DNA of 64,000 nt, taken from NCBI GenBank assembly GCA_002269645.1, contig NIVC01001668.1:1-64000 (forward strand), given 5' to 3'. Positions 1-12,565 of this stretch are shown here, piece after piece; positions within the stretch are counted from its first letter, which is position 1, and every line of letters begins with the position of its first letter. The notes below the pieces were generated by a model. The model worked only from the letters and a program-made list of their open reading frames with translations, did no database searches and was not told the origin of the DNA. Both the position numbers and the translations under genes were made by a program. The DNA comes from Macrostomum lignano. Taxonomy: Eukaryota.

Positions 1-477
1 GTATGGATATTTATTGCATTATTACCGAAAACGGAGTTTCTGTTCGGTAATAAATTAATCAGTTCAGTTGGTACCCATATCCCTAAGGATATTGTTGGTG
101 GGAGGACAAGATAAGTGGATGCCCTTAGAGACGCAATCTGCATAAATTCTTTCTGCATGGTGTTGTGTTCCCTGTGACCTCAAGCTCAAGTAGCTTCTTT
201 TTTTCGCCGGAAAAGTTAATCTAATGGATTAATCGGTCCGTAGGTTTTCTAGTTTAGTCCTGCTGAGACTTGGATTTACCTTTATATCTCTGGCTAGGAA
301 TCATCATGATCTCGCCAATGTTTCTCGTTGATATTACGAAAATCAACGATTTTATAGAGAAAAATTTAGAACGGGGCGCTTATTACTAAGATACATGTAT
401 ATGCGTATTAGGAACAAAATCAAACTCGATGGGGGACACGCCCTGTGCGCCTCCCCCTATATCCGCTACCGATCTTT

Positions 478-1310
478 AGTCTCCTGACTCTCCTATCTAT
501 ATCTAGTCTCCCGATTGACTCTCCTATCCAAATCTAGTCACCGATTGACTCTCCAATCTATATCTAGTCTCCCGATTGACTCTGCTATCTATCTTTAGTC
601 TCCCGATTGACTCTCCTATCTATATCTAGTCTCCCGATTGACTCTCCTATCTATCTTTAGTCTCCCGATTGACTCTCCTATCTATATCTAGTCTCCCGAT
701 TGACTCTCCTATCTATATCTAGTCTCCCGATTGACTCTCCTATCTATATCTAGTCTCCCGATTGACTCTCCTATCTATATCTAGTCTCCGATTGACTCTC
801 CTATCTATATCTAGTCTCCCGATTGACTCTCCTATCTATCTTTAGTCTCCCGATTGACTCTCCTATCTATATCTAGTCTCCCGATTGACTCTCCTATCTA
901 TATCTAGTCTCCCGATTGACTCTCCTATCTATATCTAATCTCCCGATTGACTCTCCTATCTATCTTTAGTCTCCCGATTGACTCTCCTATCTATCTTTAG
1001 TCTCCGATTGACTCTCCTATCTATATCTAGTCTCTTGATTGACTCTCCTATCTATATCCTGTCTCCCGATTGACTCTCCTATCTATATCTAGTCTACCGA
1101 TTGACTCTTCTATCTATATCTAGTCTCCCGATTGACTCTCCTATCTATATCTAGTCTCCCGATTGACTCTCCTATCTATATTAATATTAGTCTCCCGATT
1201 GACTCTCTTATCTATAGTCTCCCGACTCCTATCTTTAGTTTCCTTTCTGTAGTCTCCCGAATCTAATACATGTATCTAGTCTCCAACTTTACTATCTCTA
1301 GTCTCCTAAA
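478..1310. repeat. Minisatellite, 31-bp unit (ctagtctcccgattgactctcctatctatat)
   Basis: Direct tandem array of >20 near-identical units, degenerating at both edges. Confidence 0.95.
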
Positions 1311-1404
1311 TCATATCTCTAGGTCTCCGACTTTCTTACCTCTAGTCTCCTGACTCGCCGATGCTCATTTCTCATCTCATCACCAGAGCAAAAGCGCAAC
1401 TCAC

Positions 1405-2200
1405 CACAGCTGACCCGTCGCTTCTGCCGCCACGATTTGATCATCTCCTGCTGCAGCCGGGTCGCCTCGCGAACGTCCATCACGTCGTCCATCGGATCGT
1501 CTTGGTGCGGCGGCGACAGGGCCTCGTCGGAGGAGGCCTGGTCTCCCGTCACCACCGGGTTGGGCAGCGAGGAGGCAGCCGCGGCGGCGGCAGCGGCTAC
1601 CGCGGCCGCGGCTGCTGAAGAAGCCGAAGTGCCTGTCGATGCCGCCACCGACGACTGCTGCTGGGTGCGGGCGGCGTTGGCAGACTGGAGACTTGATGCC
1701 GACGAGGTCAGCGGCAACGGCGCCGCGGCCGCCGCCGACCAGTTTGTAGCGCAGGCGGCGTGCATCGAGGATGTCAGCGGCCCCGCCAGGCTACTGCTCG
1801 CGGCTGCTGCAGCTGCGGCGGCGGCAGCTGCGGCGGCGGCTGCTGCAGCGGCTGATGGAGTTGAATTCTGTGACTGATGCTGCATCAGCGAGCTCATATT
1901 TGCTGAGTTGCTGAAGTTATAAGCCTGATGCTGATGCTGCTGGTTGTGATGAGGCTGCTGCTGTTGATGATGCTGGCTAGGGTGCAGTGGGTGCTGCTGC
2001 TGCAAAGGAAGCTGATGAAGCGCGCCGGGATGCTGCACGCACAGGCTGCAGAGACAGGGCCCAGCTGACGGATGCTGCTGGTGCTGTGAAAACAGCAGGT
2101 GATGCGGCTGAGCCGGAAACTGGTACTGCGGCTGATTGGCGGCCAGGAAACCTGCACCGGAAATGGGGCTCCAGGAGGACGTGCTAGACATGGCTGCCAT
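1405..2200 (-). CDS. First coding exon of an unidentified poly-Q/H/A-rich protein (gene continues leftward out of the window)
   Basis: ATG at 2200; GC-rich open frame with poly-Gln/His/Ala; GTGAGT donor at 1404-1399 right after ...KRRVSC. No recognisable domain. Confidence 0.6.
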
Positions 2201-3359
2201 TTGCTTTCAGTCAGTGATGAAGAGCTTTTGTTAATTGGGGGAAAACTTTGTATAATTAGAAGTGTCAACAAGGCGGGGAGTTGCGGAGCAAAGAGAAATT
2301 GATCCACAAACCACAATCCAACTGGATATTAACAGGTAGCGGCCAGGTAGTTGAGTTTGTTTTCTCTGCCTTTTCGCTCTCTCTCTCTCTAACTTGTCTT
2401 TCTTCTTTACACAGAGACGCCGACACGGAGCGAGTTGACTGTTTCTATATATTAAGTGAGTGAGACCACTTCAAGTTCTGCGCTCTTGGGCGGCGGACCA
2501 CCTATTTTAACACCCCCCCGCTGTGAGAGTGGGGTGTGGGGTTTCGGAGTCAGAAATTAGAGGAGGAGGTGCAGGACGGAGGTGGGGCGGCGGTGGCGGC
2601 GGCGGCAGCGGCGGTGGCGGCGGCGGCAGCGGACAAGAACAGAAGATCAAAGGAAGCCGCTCGGACGCTATTGGCTCCGCGCGCTGGGTATGAGGGGGGG
2701 GGGAGGGAGGGGAGGGAAGGGCAAGACTGGAGCGCGGCCCTCTAAACTATGAGAGTATCAGTGGCATTATGAGGTGGCGTGGCTTTTTGACCGCCGGCCC
2801 ACCTTTTCCTGGACTTGACTCTCTCCCCCTCTCTCTCTCTCCACCCCCTTTCTCCCTACCCCCCACCCAAGCGCCGGAGTCCGTTTGATCTCTGCCGCCT
2901 CATTAACAGACGAGTTTGCGGACCAGTGGCCCAGTGCTAGACTGCTAAAGCTAGGCTTGGGGAGGCCTGCCCGCCGGCGTATAACTGGCTAGGAGCTGAT
3001 TCAGCCAACCAAAAAAGGGCAGTTCTTCTAAAACCCTTCTAAAGCTGGACTATTGGAATTCTCCGCCCCGGGTCCCGTTGTGTGTGTGTGTTGGTCTTGG
3101 ACCCCCTGTCGGTTTTATATCACCTTTGGTTGGAGCCAGTGGAAGCCAAGCCTTGGGATTTGGCACAGCGCTAGAGAGGGGTTGAGGGTGCAGCTGTAAG
3201 CAACTGCATCCCCTTCCAAGTTCCTTTCAAGTTCCTTGAAGCCAAGGGGAACTAAAAAAGGCCTTAAAATTCCCCGACGTTACAGAGTACTTACAGACTA
3301 AAGACAAGAAGACCTCCCAAATTTATACTATTGCACTGGACTCTAAAAAGCAGCTGAAA

Positions 3360-3853
3360 TCCGAATGACACGCCTGAACTTCAAATGACACACTTGGAAT
3401 CCGAATGAAATAACCGGAATCCGAATGAAACAACCGGAATCCGAATAACACACCTGGAATCCTAATGACACATCTGAACTTTTAATGACACACCTGGAAT
3501 CATAATGGCACGCACACCTGGAACCCTAATGACACACCTGGAATACTAATGACACCTGGAATCCCAATGGTACACCTGAAATCCTAATGACACACCTGGA
3601 ATCCTAATGAAACACCTGAAAACTGGAATCCTAATGACACACCTGAAAACTGGAATCCTAATGACACACCTGAAAACTGGAATCCTAATGACACACCTGA
3701 AAACTGGAATCCTAATGACACACCTGAAAACTGGAATCCTAATGACACACCTGAAAACTGGAATCCAAATGACACACCTGAAAACTGGAATCCTAATGAC
3801 ACACCTGAAAACTGGAATCCTAATGACACACCTGAAAACTGGAATCCTAATGA
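3360..3853. repeat. Minisatellite, 27-bp unit (cctaatgacacacctgaaaactggaat)
   Basis: Tandem array; explains ORFs 3584-4075 and 3607-3924. Confidence 0.95.
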
Positions 3854-4560
3854 CGTTAGGTTTGCCGAGTTTCGCAGTGGCCGAGCGTCGCTTGAAGACG
3901 CAGCCCGGCCTGGGCGTCCTGTGACTGTGACTGCCACGTCGGATGCGGACGCAGCTGCTGTGCAGCAGCTGGTGGACGAGGACTCACGAGTGACGGTACA
4001 GCAAATAGCCACTGTCCTGGGTAACTCATCGGGAAGTGTCACCACAATGCTGCACAAGCGGTTGTGCCTGAGCAAGGTGTCCTCACGATGGGTCCCCCAT
4101 CACCTGACTGAGGGTTGAATGGTGCCGCTCCATGCTGCGCAGGTTCAACGGCGGCAGCTCAAACTCGGTGTCTGAGGTCGTGAGAGACCTGGGTGTACAG
4201 CTACGACCCTGAGTCCCAGCAGCAGTCGGCGCAGTTTCTGCAGCAGCAGCGAGTGCAGCAGCTCGGCCACTCGCCGTACAGCCCTGACCTCGCACCGTGC
4301 GACTTCTTCGTGTTCCCTGCGGTAAAGCGGCAGCTGAAAGGAACTCGATTTGAGTCGCCAGAGCAGGCTGTGCAGGCCTTCTGTGAGCGACTCGAGGGGA
4401 TCCCGCATTCCGAGTGGTGCAGCTGCTTTGTCACTTGGTTTACGAGGATGCAGAAGTGCATCGATGCTGCTGGGGACTACTTTGAGAAGTAGCGCACTGG
4501 GTTTTAGTTCTTGCTGCTAGTAGCCAGTCGTGTCCGGAAATTTATTGAACCCCCCTCGTA
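3854..4560 (+). mobile_element. Internally deleted mariner (Tc1/mariner, DD34D) transposon remnant
   Basis: Transposase motifs SLED..RPGRP, KVSSRWVPHHL, ETWVYSYDPE, YSPDLAPCDF and KCIDAAGDYFEK-stop; right TIR gtccggaaatttattgaacccccctcg followed by TA at 4559-4560; frameshifts, and the HDNA segment is missing. Confidence 0.9.
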
Positions 4561-6109
4561 ATTGACCGCTGGTTTAGTCAGTGCAGCCACGCGGCTAAAC
4601 GCCGAACAATTTCTGATAGAATATTTAGGGATATTCACAGAGATTTCACTAGAAGCTACCCATATTTTACAATATCAGAAAAAGCAGCAAACCTATGGGT
4701 GAAATTAATAGCGTGGCTGCTGCATACATAATCATAATTTTTGGAATATATAGCTTCATCAGCAGGAGCGCTGAGGCGATGGGGATGTGTATATAGGAAA
4801 AATTCTGAACGGGATTTTCGCACAGATTAAATCCAAAAACTAATCCCAGAAGCTCAAATTGGATTAAGGAAGCAATATATTGAAGCATCACTTTTTACGA
4901 CGCAACTCTCTCCTCCCCTCCCGTTACTGTCCCCTCCCCCCAATAAACAGTAATTAATTCTTGCATTTACAGCGCTATAAAATCAACACAGCCGTTTGCG
5001 CGGTGCAGCGCCTGAGCTCTCAATCCTTCCCGTTAATCCTTGCCGTCCTCGTTGACACTTCGGCTTTGGCCGCGGCTAGACTTGTATGGAAGGGACTTGG
5101 TAGCTAAGGACGCCTGGGGAACACTTGAAAAGGTACCAGTAGTTGCTAGCCCTAGAAGAGATTCCAAACGGGTTGCTAACGACACTAGAGCAGGTACCGA
5201 TCGAGCCTCGAGCCTCGGGCCTCTAGAGGGGTTCCAATGGGTTCTGTAATCCTGCAGTGTGTGGGATTCTGTAATCTTGCAGTGTGCGGGTACAGAATTA
5301 TAGAGATTTTTTACCCCAGCTGAGTATACAAGCAGCTCTATAATAGGATTATAACAAATTCCAAATCTGCATTCAGAAGCGCAAGATAAAATTATTTGCA
5401 AAATTTCATACGCAACAAGCCTACAAGTTCGAACAAGAGCATACAGCTGCTATCAGGAGTTATGCAACAATTGAAAAAGAATTTCATAGATCAAGTGACG
5501 TCTATGTAAGTGCAGGGCAATCAATATGGTTTAGAATACTCAAAGCTTTGAGCGGGTATGCATACAACATGCACATCGAGTTCATCTCCTCAAATCTGAA
5601 TCAAGCTTAGTTTCACTTGTTATCGAAATTAGCTTGATATCAACTGACAATGGAGGCAGATTACCTCTACAGGAAGGAAGGTTTGTGTGTATGCACATTT
5701 CTGTTCCAGATAAACAGTTCCGAATTCAGACTCCAGACTCCGCGATGACGATTCACAGTTTCACAAAGGTAAATAAAAATAGATCTCTAAATGCGCATAT
5801 ACTCGTAGCGGATCACCGGCCCAGCGCTACGTAGTGCGATTATAGAAAGCATGATGAAATGAAAATGAGTACACGAATGTTTGATCGAATTTTCCTACCG
5901 CAAGTGACGCAATGCAATTCACACCCGCACGCCCCGCGGTTTTCATCTCGTCTTAACTGTGGGCGATGTAATTTGCGTCCCAAGGCCCTGGCTTAGGCCG
6001 AGGAGGAGAGAGTGGAACGCTATGGCCACAGTTGGATTAAAGTTGCCCCCTGTTGACCACTGCATGCTTTCGGCGTTGGAAAAGAGAAAATGCGAAGTCA
6101 AAAAGGAAA

Positions 6110-7210
6110 GATGAGATGGCAGGAGAAGAGAAGAAAGGTGAGGAGAGGGGAGTTAAGTTAACATTGCTAACAGACGAGAGGGGAGGACTCGAGGAGAATA
6201 GGGAAGAGGAGTCGGGAAAGAAGAGTAGAGAAGGGGAAGAGGGGAGAGGAGAAGATAGGAGATGAGAGGAGAGGGGGGAGAGGGGAAGAGAAGAGAGAAG
6301 GAGAGAGGAGAGAAGGGGAGAGGAGAAAGAAGAGGAGAGAAGGGGAAGAGGGGAGAGGAGAAGATAGGAGATGAGAGGAGAGGGGGGAGAGGGGAAGAGA
6401 AGAGAGAAGGGGAGAGGAGAGAAGGGGAGAGGAGAGAAGGGGAGAAGAGGGAAGGGGAGAGGAGAGAAGGGGAGAAGAGGGAAGGGGAGAGGAGAGAAGG
6501 GGAGAAGAGAGAAGGGGAGAGGAGAGAAGGGGAGAAGAGAGAAGGGGAGAAGAGAGAAGGGGAGAGGAGAGAAGGGGAGAGGAGAGAAGGGGAGAAGAGA
6601 GAAGGGGAGAGAAGAGAAGGGGAGAAGAGAGAAGGGGAGAGGAGAGAAGGGGAGAAGAGAGAAGGGGAGAGGAGAGAAGGGGAGAAGAGAGAAGGGGAGA
6701 GGAGAGAAGGGGAGAAGAGAGAAGGGAGAGGAGAGAAGGGGAGAGGAGAGAAGGGGAGAAGAGAGAAGGGGAGAGGAGAGAAGGGGAGAGGAGAGAAGGG
6801 GAGAAGAGAGAAGGGGAGAGGAGAGAAGGGGAGAAGAGAGAAGGGGAGAGGAGAGAAGGGGAGAAGAGAGAAGGGGAGAAGAGAGAAGGGGAGAGGAGAG
6901 AAGGGGAGATATAAGAGAAGGGGAGAAGAGAGAAGGGGAGAGGAGAGAAGGGGAGAAGAGAGAAGGGGAGAAGAGAGAAGGGGAGAGGAGAGAAGGGGAG
7001 ATATAAGAGAAGGGGAGAAGAGAGAAGGGGAGAGAGAGAAGGGAGATATAAGAGAAGGGGAGATATAAGAGAAGGGAGAAGAGAGAAGGGGAGAGGAGAG
7101 AAGGGGAGAAGAGAGAAGGGGAGAAGAGAGAAGGGGAGAGGAGAGAAGGGAGATATAAGAGAAGGGGAGAAGAGAGAAGGGGAGAGGAGAGAAGGGGAGA
7201 TATAAGAGAA
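6110..7210. repeat. Purine-rich (GA) low-complexity / minisatellite tract
   Basis: Almost pure A/G tract built of gagaagggga-type units. Confidence 0.95.
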
Positions 7211-8059
7211 GCCTTCTCACAGTCTCACTGTAGGAAGTTGCATTTTTGACACTCGTGAATGCAAAAGCGCCGACGTTGAGTACCAAATTTGGGATAGATT
7301 GGCTTTGGGCCTGGCTGATAGATAAGTAAGTAAAGCGAGCAAAGTATGCTCAACGCTCAACTCAGACTTGAGCACAGAGAGGCATGCAGTAGGTCATGGG
7401 GGACTCATACGTCAGGGTCAGGGCACTCAAATTTTCGATCGTTGAGCTTGAGCAGCCGTTCTTAAGCCATACCCCGCCGGCCCCCGCCAGAGAATTTTAA
7501 ATTTTGAAAAGCTTCTGCTAGTACTAGCCTCTAGGGGAGTAGAAAATATAAATTTTATAGGTAGGTTAGGCAGGTAAGCGGCAAGGCAGGTCCAGAATCG
7601 GATGAATGGCTGCATATATGCTCGTATATGCTCCCCAGCCAGGGGAGGGGGCACAACACACCCACTCACACGAGGCAGAGTTTTTATGGCTTTATACGAC
7701 CCGCGTCTGGGGGGGGGGGCTGCACCATGGCGTCTCACAGGCAGCCCAGCTACACCCCCCTGTAGTTTAAGGCTTTGTGGCGGCTTTTGGACCCCCAGGT
7801 AGGGGTCATAAAAGTCTTAACGACTCCCGCATGAGGTCCTCTCTCCCAGTATGCTGCCGGGTTAGCTGCCTGTGTCCCTGCAGTGTCGCTCCTTGACTGG
7901 CTTTTAGTAGGGTTAGTTTTAGCAGCTAGTCTAGTAAGTGTATAATACTCGTAGAGATCGAAAGCGTTGTGTTTATGCATGTATTCGACGTTTTAAGTGC
8001 TCAAAATTATTAGCTATGAATTCTATCGATCTAATACTAAGACCTGAGTAGTTAGCACT

Positions 8060-8530
8060 ATTAGGGGCAATTTCTATGTTAAGGATTGGCGATTCTTTCA
8101 TTTCAGGGCGATTTCCATCTTGTGGATAGGCGATTCTTTCATTGATTTCAGGGGCGATTTCCATCGTGTAGATAGGCGATTCTATCTCATTTCAGAGGCG
8201 ATTTCCACCTTGTGGATTGGCGATTCTATCTCATTTCAGAGGCGATTTCCACCTTGTGGATTGGCGATTCTATCTCATTTCATAGTCGATTTCTATTTCG
8301 TGGATTGGCGATTCTCTTTCATCTCAAGGGCGATTTCTATTTTGTGGATTGGCGATTCTCTTTCATCTCAAGGGCGATTTCTATTTTGTGGATTGGCGAT
8401 TCTCTTTCATCTCAAGGGCGATTTCTATTTTGTGGATTAGCGATTCTCTTTTTATTTCAAGGGCGATTTCTATTTTGTGGATTGGCGATTCTCTTTTTAT
8501 CTCAAGGGCGATTTCTATTTTGTGGGTGAT
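8060..8530. repeat. Minisatellite, 44-bp unit
   Basis: Repeats of tcatctcaagggcgatttctattttgtggattggcgattctctt. Confidence 0.9.
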
Positions 8531-9289
8531 TCTCTGTTACATTGAAACATTTACTTTAAGAAACTTTTAACAATTAATATTTTAAATTTACTATCAAGTT
8601 TGCTGAATCGAACACTGACTAGACTACTGAAATAAGAAAAGATTAGTCAGTAGTATAGTGAGGCAATGATCAGAAAATCTCAAAAGTGAAAATAGCACAT
8701 TTTCAATTGAAGTGCTTATTTAACAGTTGAACATGCTCTCCAAATATAATATTTTGCCAGCTTTTTCATTGTATAATTGTACAAATAACAGGATGATACT
8801 ACTTAGTTACAACGAGTAGGCAGCTGAGAATTTTAATCATCGAATGCAAGTAGACAAGTAAATATCAGCTTATCTGAAATAAACAGCGCGCAGTCACGGT
8901 AAAGCTGATAAGAACGCACAAATTTTGGAATGGAAGACAAAAAATAAACAGAAGGTGAACAAACTAATCACAAATAGCAAGTATATAAAGCAACAACTTT
9001 TAAAGTCAGAATACATGACGAAATGAACAAACAAGTGCGAAAAACACTTAGTAAAAATTAAAATAAAGAAAGAAATCTTTCAGATTCATGTTTAATCGTA
9101 GATTCAACGGGGAAAATTCGATGCAAAATTCTCGCGCTAGAAAGGACTTAAGACAGGGTTCAGGGGTGGATTAGAGGTCAATATAAGGGTAGAGTAGAGA
9201 CGAATTCATGCTAGATTAGAGATGATTTTGAGGGGATATTAAAGACGATTCTTAGAAAGATCAAATACGATTTTTAAGGGAAATCAGGG

Positions 9290-9835
9290 ACGATTCTCAG
9301 TGGAGATTAGAGACGACTCTCAGGGTAGATTAGAGACGACTCTCAGGGGAGATTAGAGACGAATCTCAGGGGAGATTAGAGACGAATCTCAGGGGGAGAT
9401 TAGAGACGACTCTCAGAGGAGATTAGAGACGATTATCAGGGGAGGTTAGAGACGATTCTTAGCAAAGATTAGAGACGACTCTCAGGGAAGATTAGAGACG
9501 ACTCTCAGAAAAGATTAGAGACGATTATCAGGGAAGATTAGAGACAATTCTTAGCGGAGATTAGAGACGACTCATAAGGGGAGATTAGACACAATTCTTA
9601 GCGGAGATTAGAGACGACTCTCAGGGAAGATTAGAGACGACTCTCAGGGGAGATTAGAGACGACTTTCAGGGGAGATTAGAGATGATTATCAGGGAAGAT
9701 TAGAGACGATTCTTAGCGGAGATTAGAGACGACTCTCAAGGGGAGATTAGAGACGATTCTTAGCGGAGATTATAGACGACCCTCAGGGAGATCAGAAACG
9801 ATTCTCAGGGGAGATTAGACGCGACTCTCAGGGTA
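9290..9835. repeat. Minisatellite, 23-bp unit (gattagagacgactctcagggga)
   Basis: Tandem array. Confidence 0.9.
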
Positions 9836-9915
9836 GATTGTATTCTCAGGTCATCAAGATTCTAAATTAACCGGTCTCGTAAAGTCGCAACCGCAATCGA
9901 TAGCTAATGGATAAA

Positions 9916-10224
9916 TCAAAGATGAATATTATTGATCATTGCTCTCTCCAGATTGGCTGCTACTATCATCGGAGTTGCCAGGTGAAACAGCAGCCTCATT
10001 ATCGTTATTATTGTTGGCAGTGTTGGCCCATCAGCATTGGCGGCACTGCGGCCGGAGGCTGCGGCTGGAGATTTGGCGCCGAAATGAGCCGAGCGGTGGT
10101 GAAAGTAGGAGCGATCGGGCTGCTGGTGAACTGGCTGCGCTGTGTCTGCGGACTGCGACTGATGCTGCTGCTCCTGGGCGATTCGGCGATGGCGATTTGG
10201 TCGACGGCGAAATAGAGTGACTTC
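9916..10224 (-). CDS. VPS26: VPS26 last coding exon (EVTLFRRRP...)
   Basis: CAG acceptor at 10227-10225; joins YFKQQ|EVTLFRR, matching VPS26 YFKQQEIxLWRK; in-frame stop at 9918-9916. Confidence 0.75.
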   Translation of the reverse strand, partial: EVTLFRRRPNRHRRIAQEQQHQSQSADTAQPVHQQPDRSYFHHRSAHFGAKSPAAASGRSAANADGPTLPTIITIMRLLFHLATPMIVAANLERAMINNIHL

Positions 10225-10289
10225 CTGCGATTGGGTAGGCGGTGAGCGGTGGCCGTTTTTTCGAGTACTCGTTGCTTATGGGAGTGACA

Positions 10290-11070
10290 GGGGAGGCTGT
10301 GAAGTGACAGTGAAGGCTGTGGAGTGACAGTGAAGGCTGTGGAGTGACAGGAGGCTGTGGAGTCACAGGGAATGCTGTGGAGTGACAGGTGAGGCAGCAG
10401 GAAGACAGGTGAGACAGCAGGGAGACAGGTGAGACAGCAGGGAGACAGGTGAGGCAGCAGGAAGACAGGTGAGACAGCAGGGAGACAGGTGAGGCAGCAG
10501 GGAGACAGGTGAGGCAGCAGGGAGACAGGTGAGACAGCAGGGAGACAGGTGAGACAGCAGGGAGACACGTGAGGCAGCAGGGAGACAGGTGAGGCAGCAG
10601 GGAGACAGGTGAGGCAGCAGGGAGACAGGTGAGACAGTAGGGAGACAGGTGAGGCAGCAGGGAGACAGGTGAGACAGCAGGGAGACAGGTGAGACAGCAG
10701 GGAGACAGGTGAGGCAGCAGGGAGACAGGTGAGGCAGCAGGGAGACAGGTGAGGCAGCAGGGAGACAGGTGAGTCAGCAGGGAGACAGGTGAGACAGCAG
10801 GGAGACAGGTGAGGCAGCAGGGAGACAGGTGAGGCAGCAGGGAGACAGGTGAGGCAGCAGGGAGACAGGTGAGGCAGCAGGGAGACAGGTGAGACAGCAG
10901 GGAGACAGGTGAGGCAGCAGGGAGACAGGTGAGGCAGCAGGGAGACAGGTGAGGCTGCAGGAAGACAGGTGAGGCAGCAGGGAGACAGGTGAGACAGCAG
11001 GAAGACAGGTGAGACAGCAGGGAGACAGGTGAGGCAGCACGGAGACAGGTGAGGCAGCAGGGACAGGTGT
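10290..11070. repeat. Minisatellite, 20-bp unit (gggagacaggtgaggcagca) in a VPS26 intron
   Basis: Tandem array. Confidence 0.95.
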
Positions 11071-11143
11071 GACAGCAGATTGATGAGACAGTTAGGTAAT
11101 ACCGGAGTACCGCAATACCTAGCTAGAGAAGCACAACTCTCAC

Positions 11144-11627
11144 CTGCTGTTTAAAGTACCTCCTGTCCTCCTCATCGATAAGCACGAGATTAAGAAAGTA
11201 GCGCACAGAGAATCTCTTATTTACGTCTCGCATAGTAGGCGTGAGTTCGTAGCCACTGAGAAACAGCCTAATAGGTATAGTCTCGCCTTTCACCGGAGCT
11301 CCGTCCATGATTTCAAATTTGGCAACGGTCTCGCAGTCGCTCATACTGTTTGGCCCGACTCCAACTAACTCTCTGCGCAGAATTTGCACCTCCATGTGGC
11401 GCACCTTGATTCTAACTAAAAGGAAGTAGATTTTACCAATTATGGCGTCCTTCAAATGATATTTCGACTTGTTGTATTCGAATTCAATGTGCAGACAGTC
11501 CTCTATGCCGACTTCCATCTTGATGCCGCCAAGCGTGTCGGGGTACTGGGCCAGCGTGTGCACCAGGAAGTCCTGCTCTTTAACTAGATCGTTCAGCCGC
11601 TTAGTGACCGTGACTCTGATGAAGTAC
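11144..11627 (-). CDS. VPS26: VPS26 exon 4 (retromer subunit, arrestin fold)
   Basis: [46 protein letters not shown] and [19 protein letters not shown] are VPS26 signatures; CAG/GTGAG boundaries are in phase. Confidence 0.95.
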
Positions 11628-11791
11628 CTGATAAATTTATTATTGATAGCTAAGATATAGCCAATAGCTTGCAATACCTAGGAACCGTCTCGATGAAAAC
11701 GGTACCTTAGGCCAAGAAGCATCCCATGGAGTCGTTGCAGGGTAACACAGGTAAGATAGGATGAAAGAAGTGACTCTATACGACTCTAAAA

Positions 11792-12565
11792 CACAGATAG
11801 ATGGGCCACCCAGGCATATATACTTAGTAAAACAGCTTTCTACTTTCAGTTCAGTAGCAAAGAAGAATACATAAGCTATTTCATAAAAATAAAAGCAGCT
11901 TTGATAAGTTTAGAAGCCCAAGCTTGCAGGCGCGTAAACAGCTTGCTAATTGGTTCAGTAATAATGTACATTAGCCAGTCTACTGAAATGTACATGGCAG
12001 CTTTAGGCTGGAATTCCGAGACAGGCAATAAAAATTGGGGCGGGGAGTAGTTTGGAAAGGCGCGGTTGGAGGGTTTAAGCTAGGAGGGGTAAGAGCTAAT
12101 AAATTAAATGATCCTATCTAACCTACGAAGGGGGGCCGTAGCCCAGTGGTAGCGCAGGCTCTGGTGTGCCAGCGACCCAGGCTCGATTCCAAGTGCAGTC
12201 ACATTAATTTGGGGCTGAATTGGAATCTCGGCTTGGCTCTGCTCGTGCAATTAGCGGCCTTGAGAGCCAACCCCCCAAGGCGCAGTGAAGTGTACATGCC
12301 TAACGATAAAAAAAGTTAGGGCCGCTGTACACTCCTGTGTGAGTGTGTGCCTGCGTACGTATCCGCGCGCTTGTGTGCCTGCTCAGGGGAGTCGGCGGAA
12401 TGGGCAGTAATGCCTCTCGCCGGTTGTGTGCCTATGTCGCTTAAAGTGCGCCAGGGTGCACACAACCCCCCTGCCTCTAATAAAAAAATCTAACCTACTA
12501 CTGAACTGAAAGTAGCTTACACGCAAATGTGCTGAGTGGCCCATCTAGTTATTCTAGTATCGGTA
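11792..12565. mobile_element. Non-autonomous TIR element (P-like or hAT-like MITE), copy 1, interrupted by a SINE
   Basis: TIRs containing tagatgggcca/tggcccatcta; 8-bp TSD ctctaaaa (11784-11791 and 12566-12573); second copy at 25909-26359. Confidence 0.8.
12127..12487 (+). mobile_element. tRNA-derived SINE, copy 1
   Basis: A-box tagcccagtgg and B-box ggctcgattcc; A-rich tail; 11-bp TSD atctaacctac (12116-12126 and 12488-12498). Confidence 0.85.

Noticed and set aside
5033-5401. Possible retroelement C-terminal fragment (KNLYNSVP...)
   Set aside because: A single weak motif with no RT core nearby; not supportable by eye.
6153-7286. Long ORFs in GA/CT, TCTG and minisatellite tracts (also 21462-24329, 44241-44639, 51024-52403, 55250-56837, 58220-59106)
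   Set aside because: They are stop-free only because the repeat unit lacks stops; they lie in introns or intergenic DNA, and several frames are open at once.
7427-7980. Short ORFs near 7.4-8.0 kb
   Set aside because: No recognisable domain, splice pattern or repeat boundaries.
12130-12195. tRNA gene
   Set aside because: It has A/B boxes but no complete cloverleaf; it continues into a repeated body with an A-tail and TSD, so it is a SINE head.
12375-12410. HDV-like ribozyme (ggcggaatggg resembles the HDV 3' end)
   Set aside because: The complementary ctgctc is only about 17 nt upstream, too close for the nested double pseudoknot; at most a simple hairpin.
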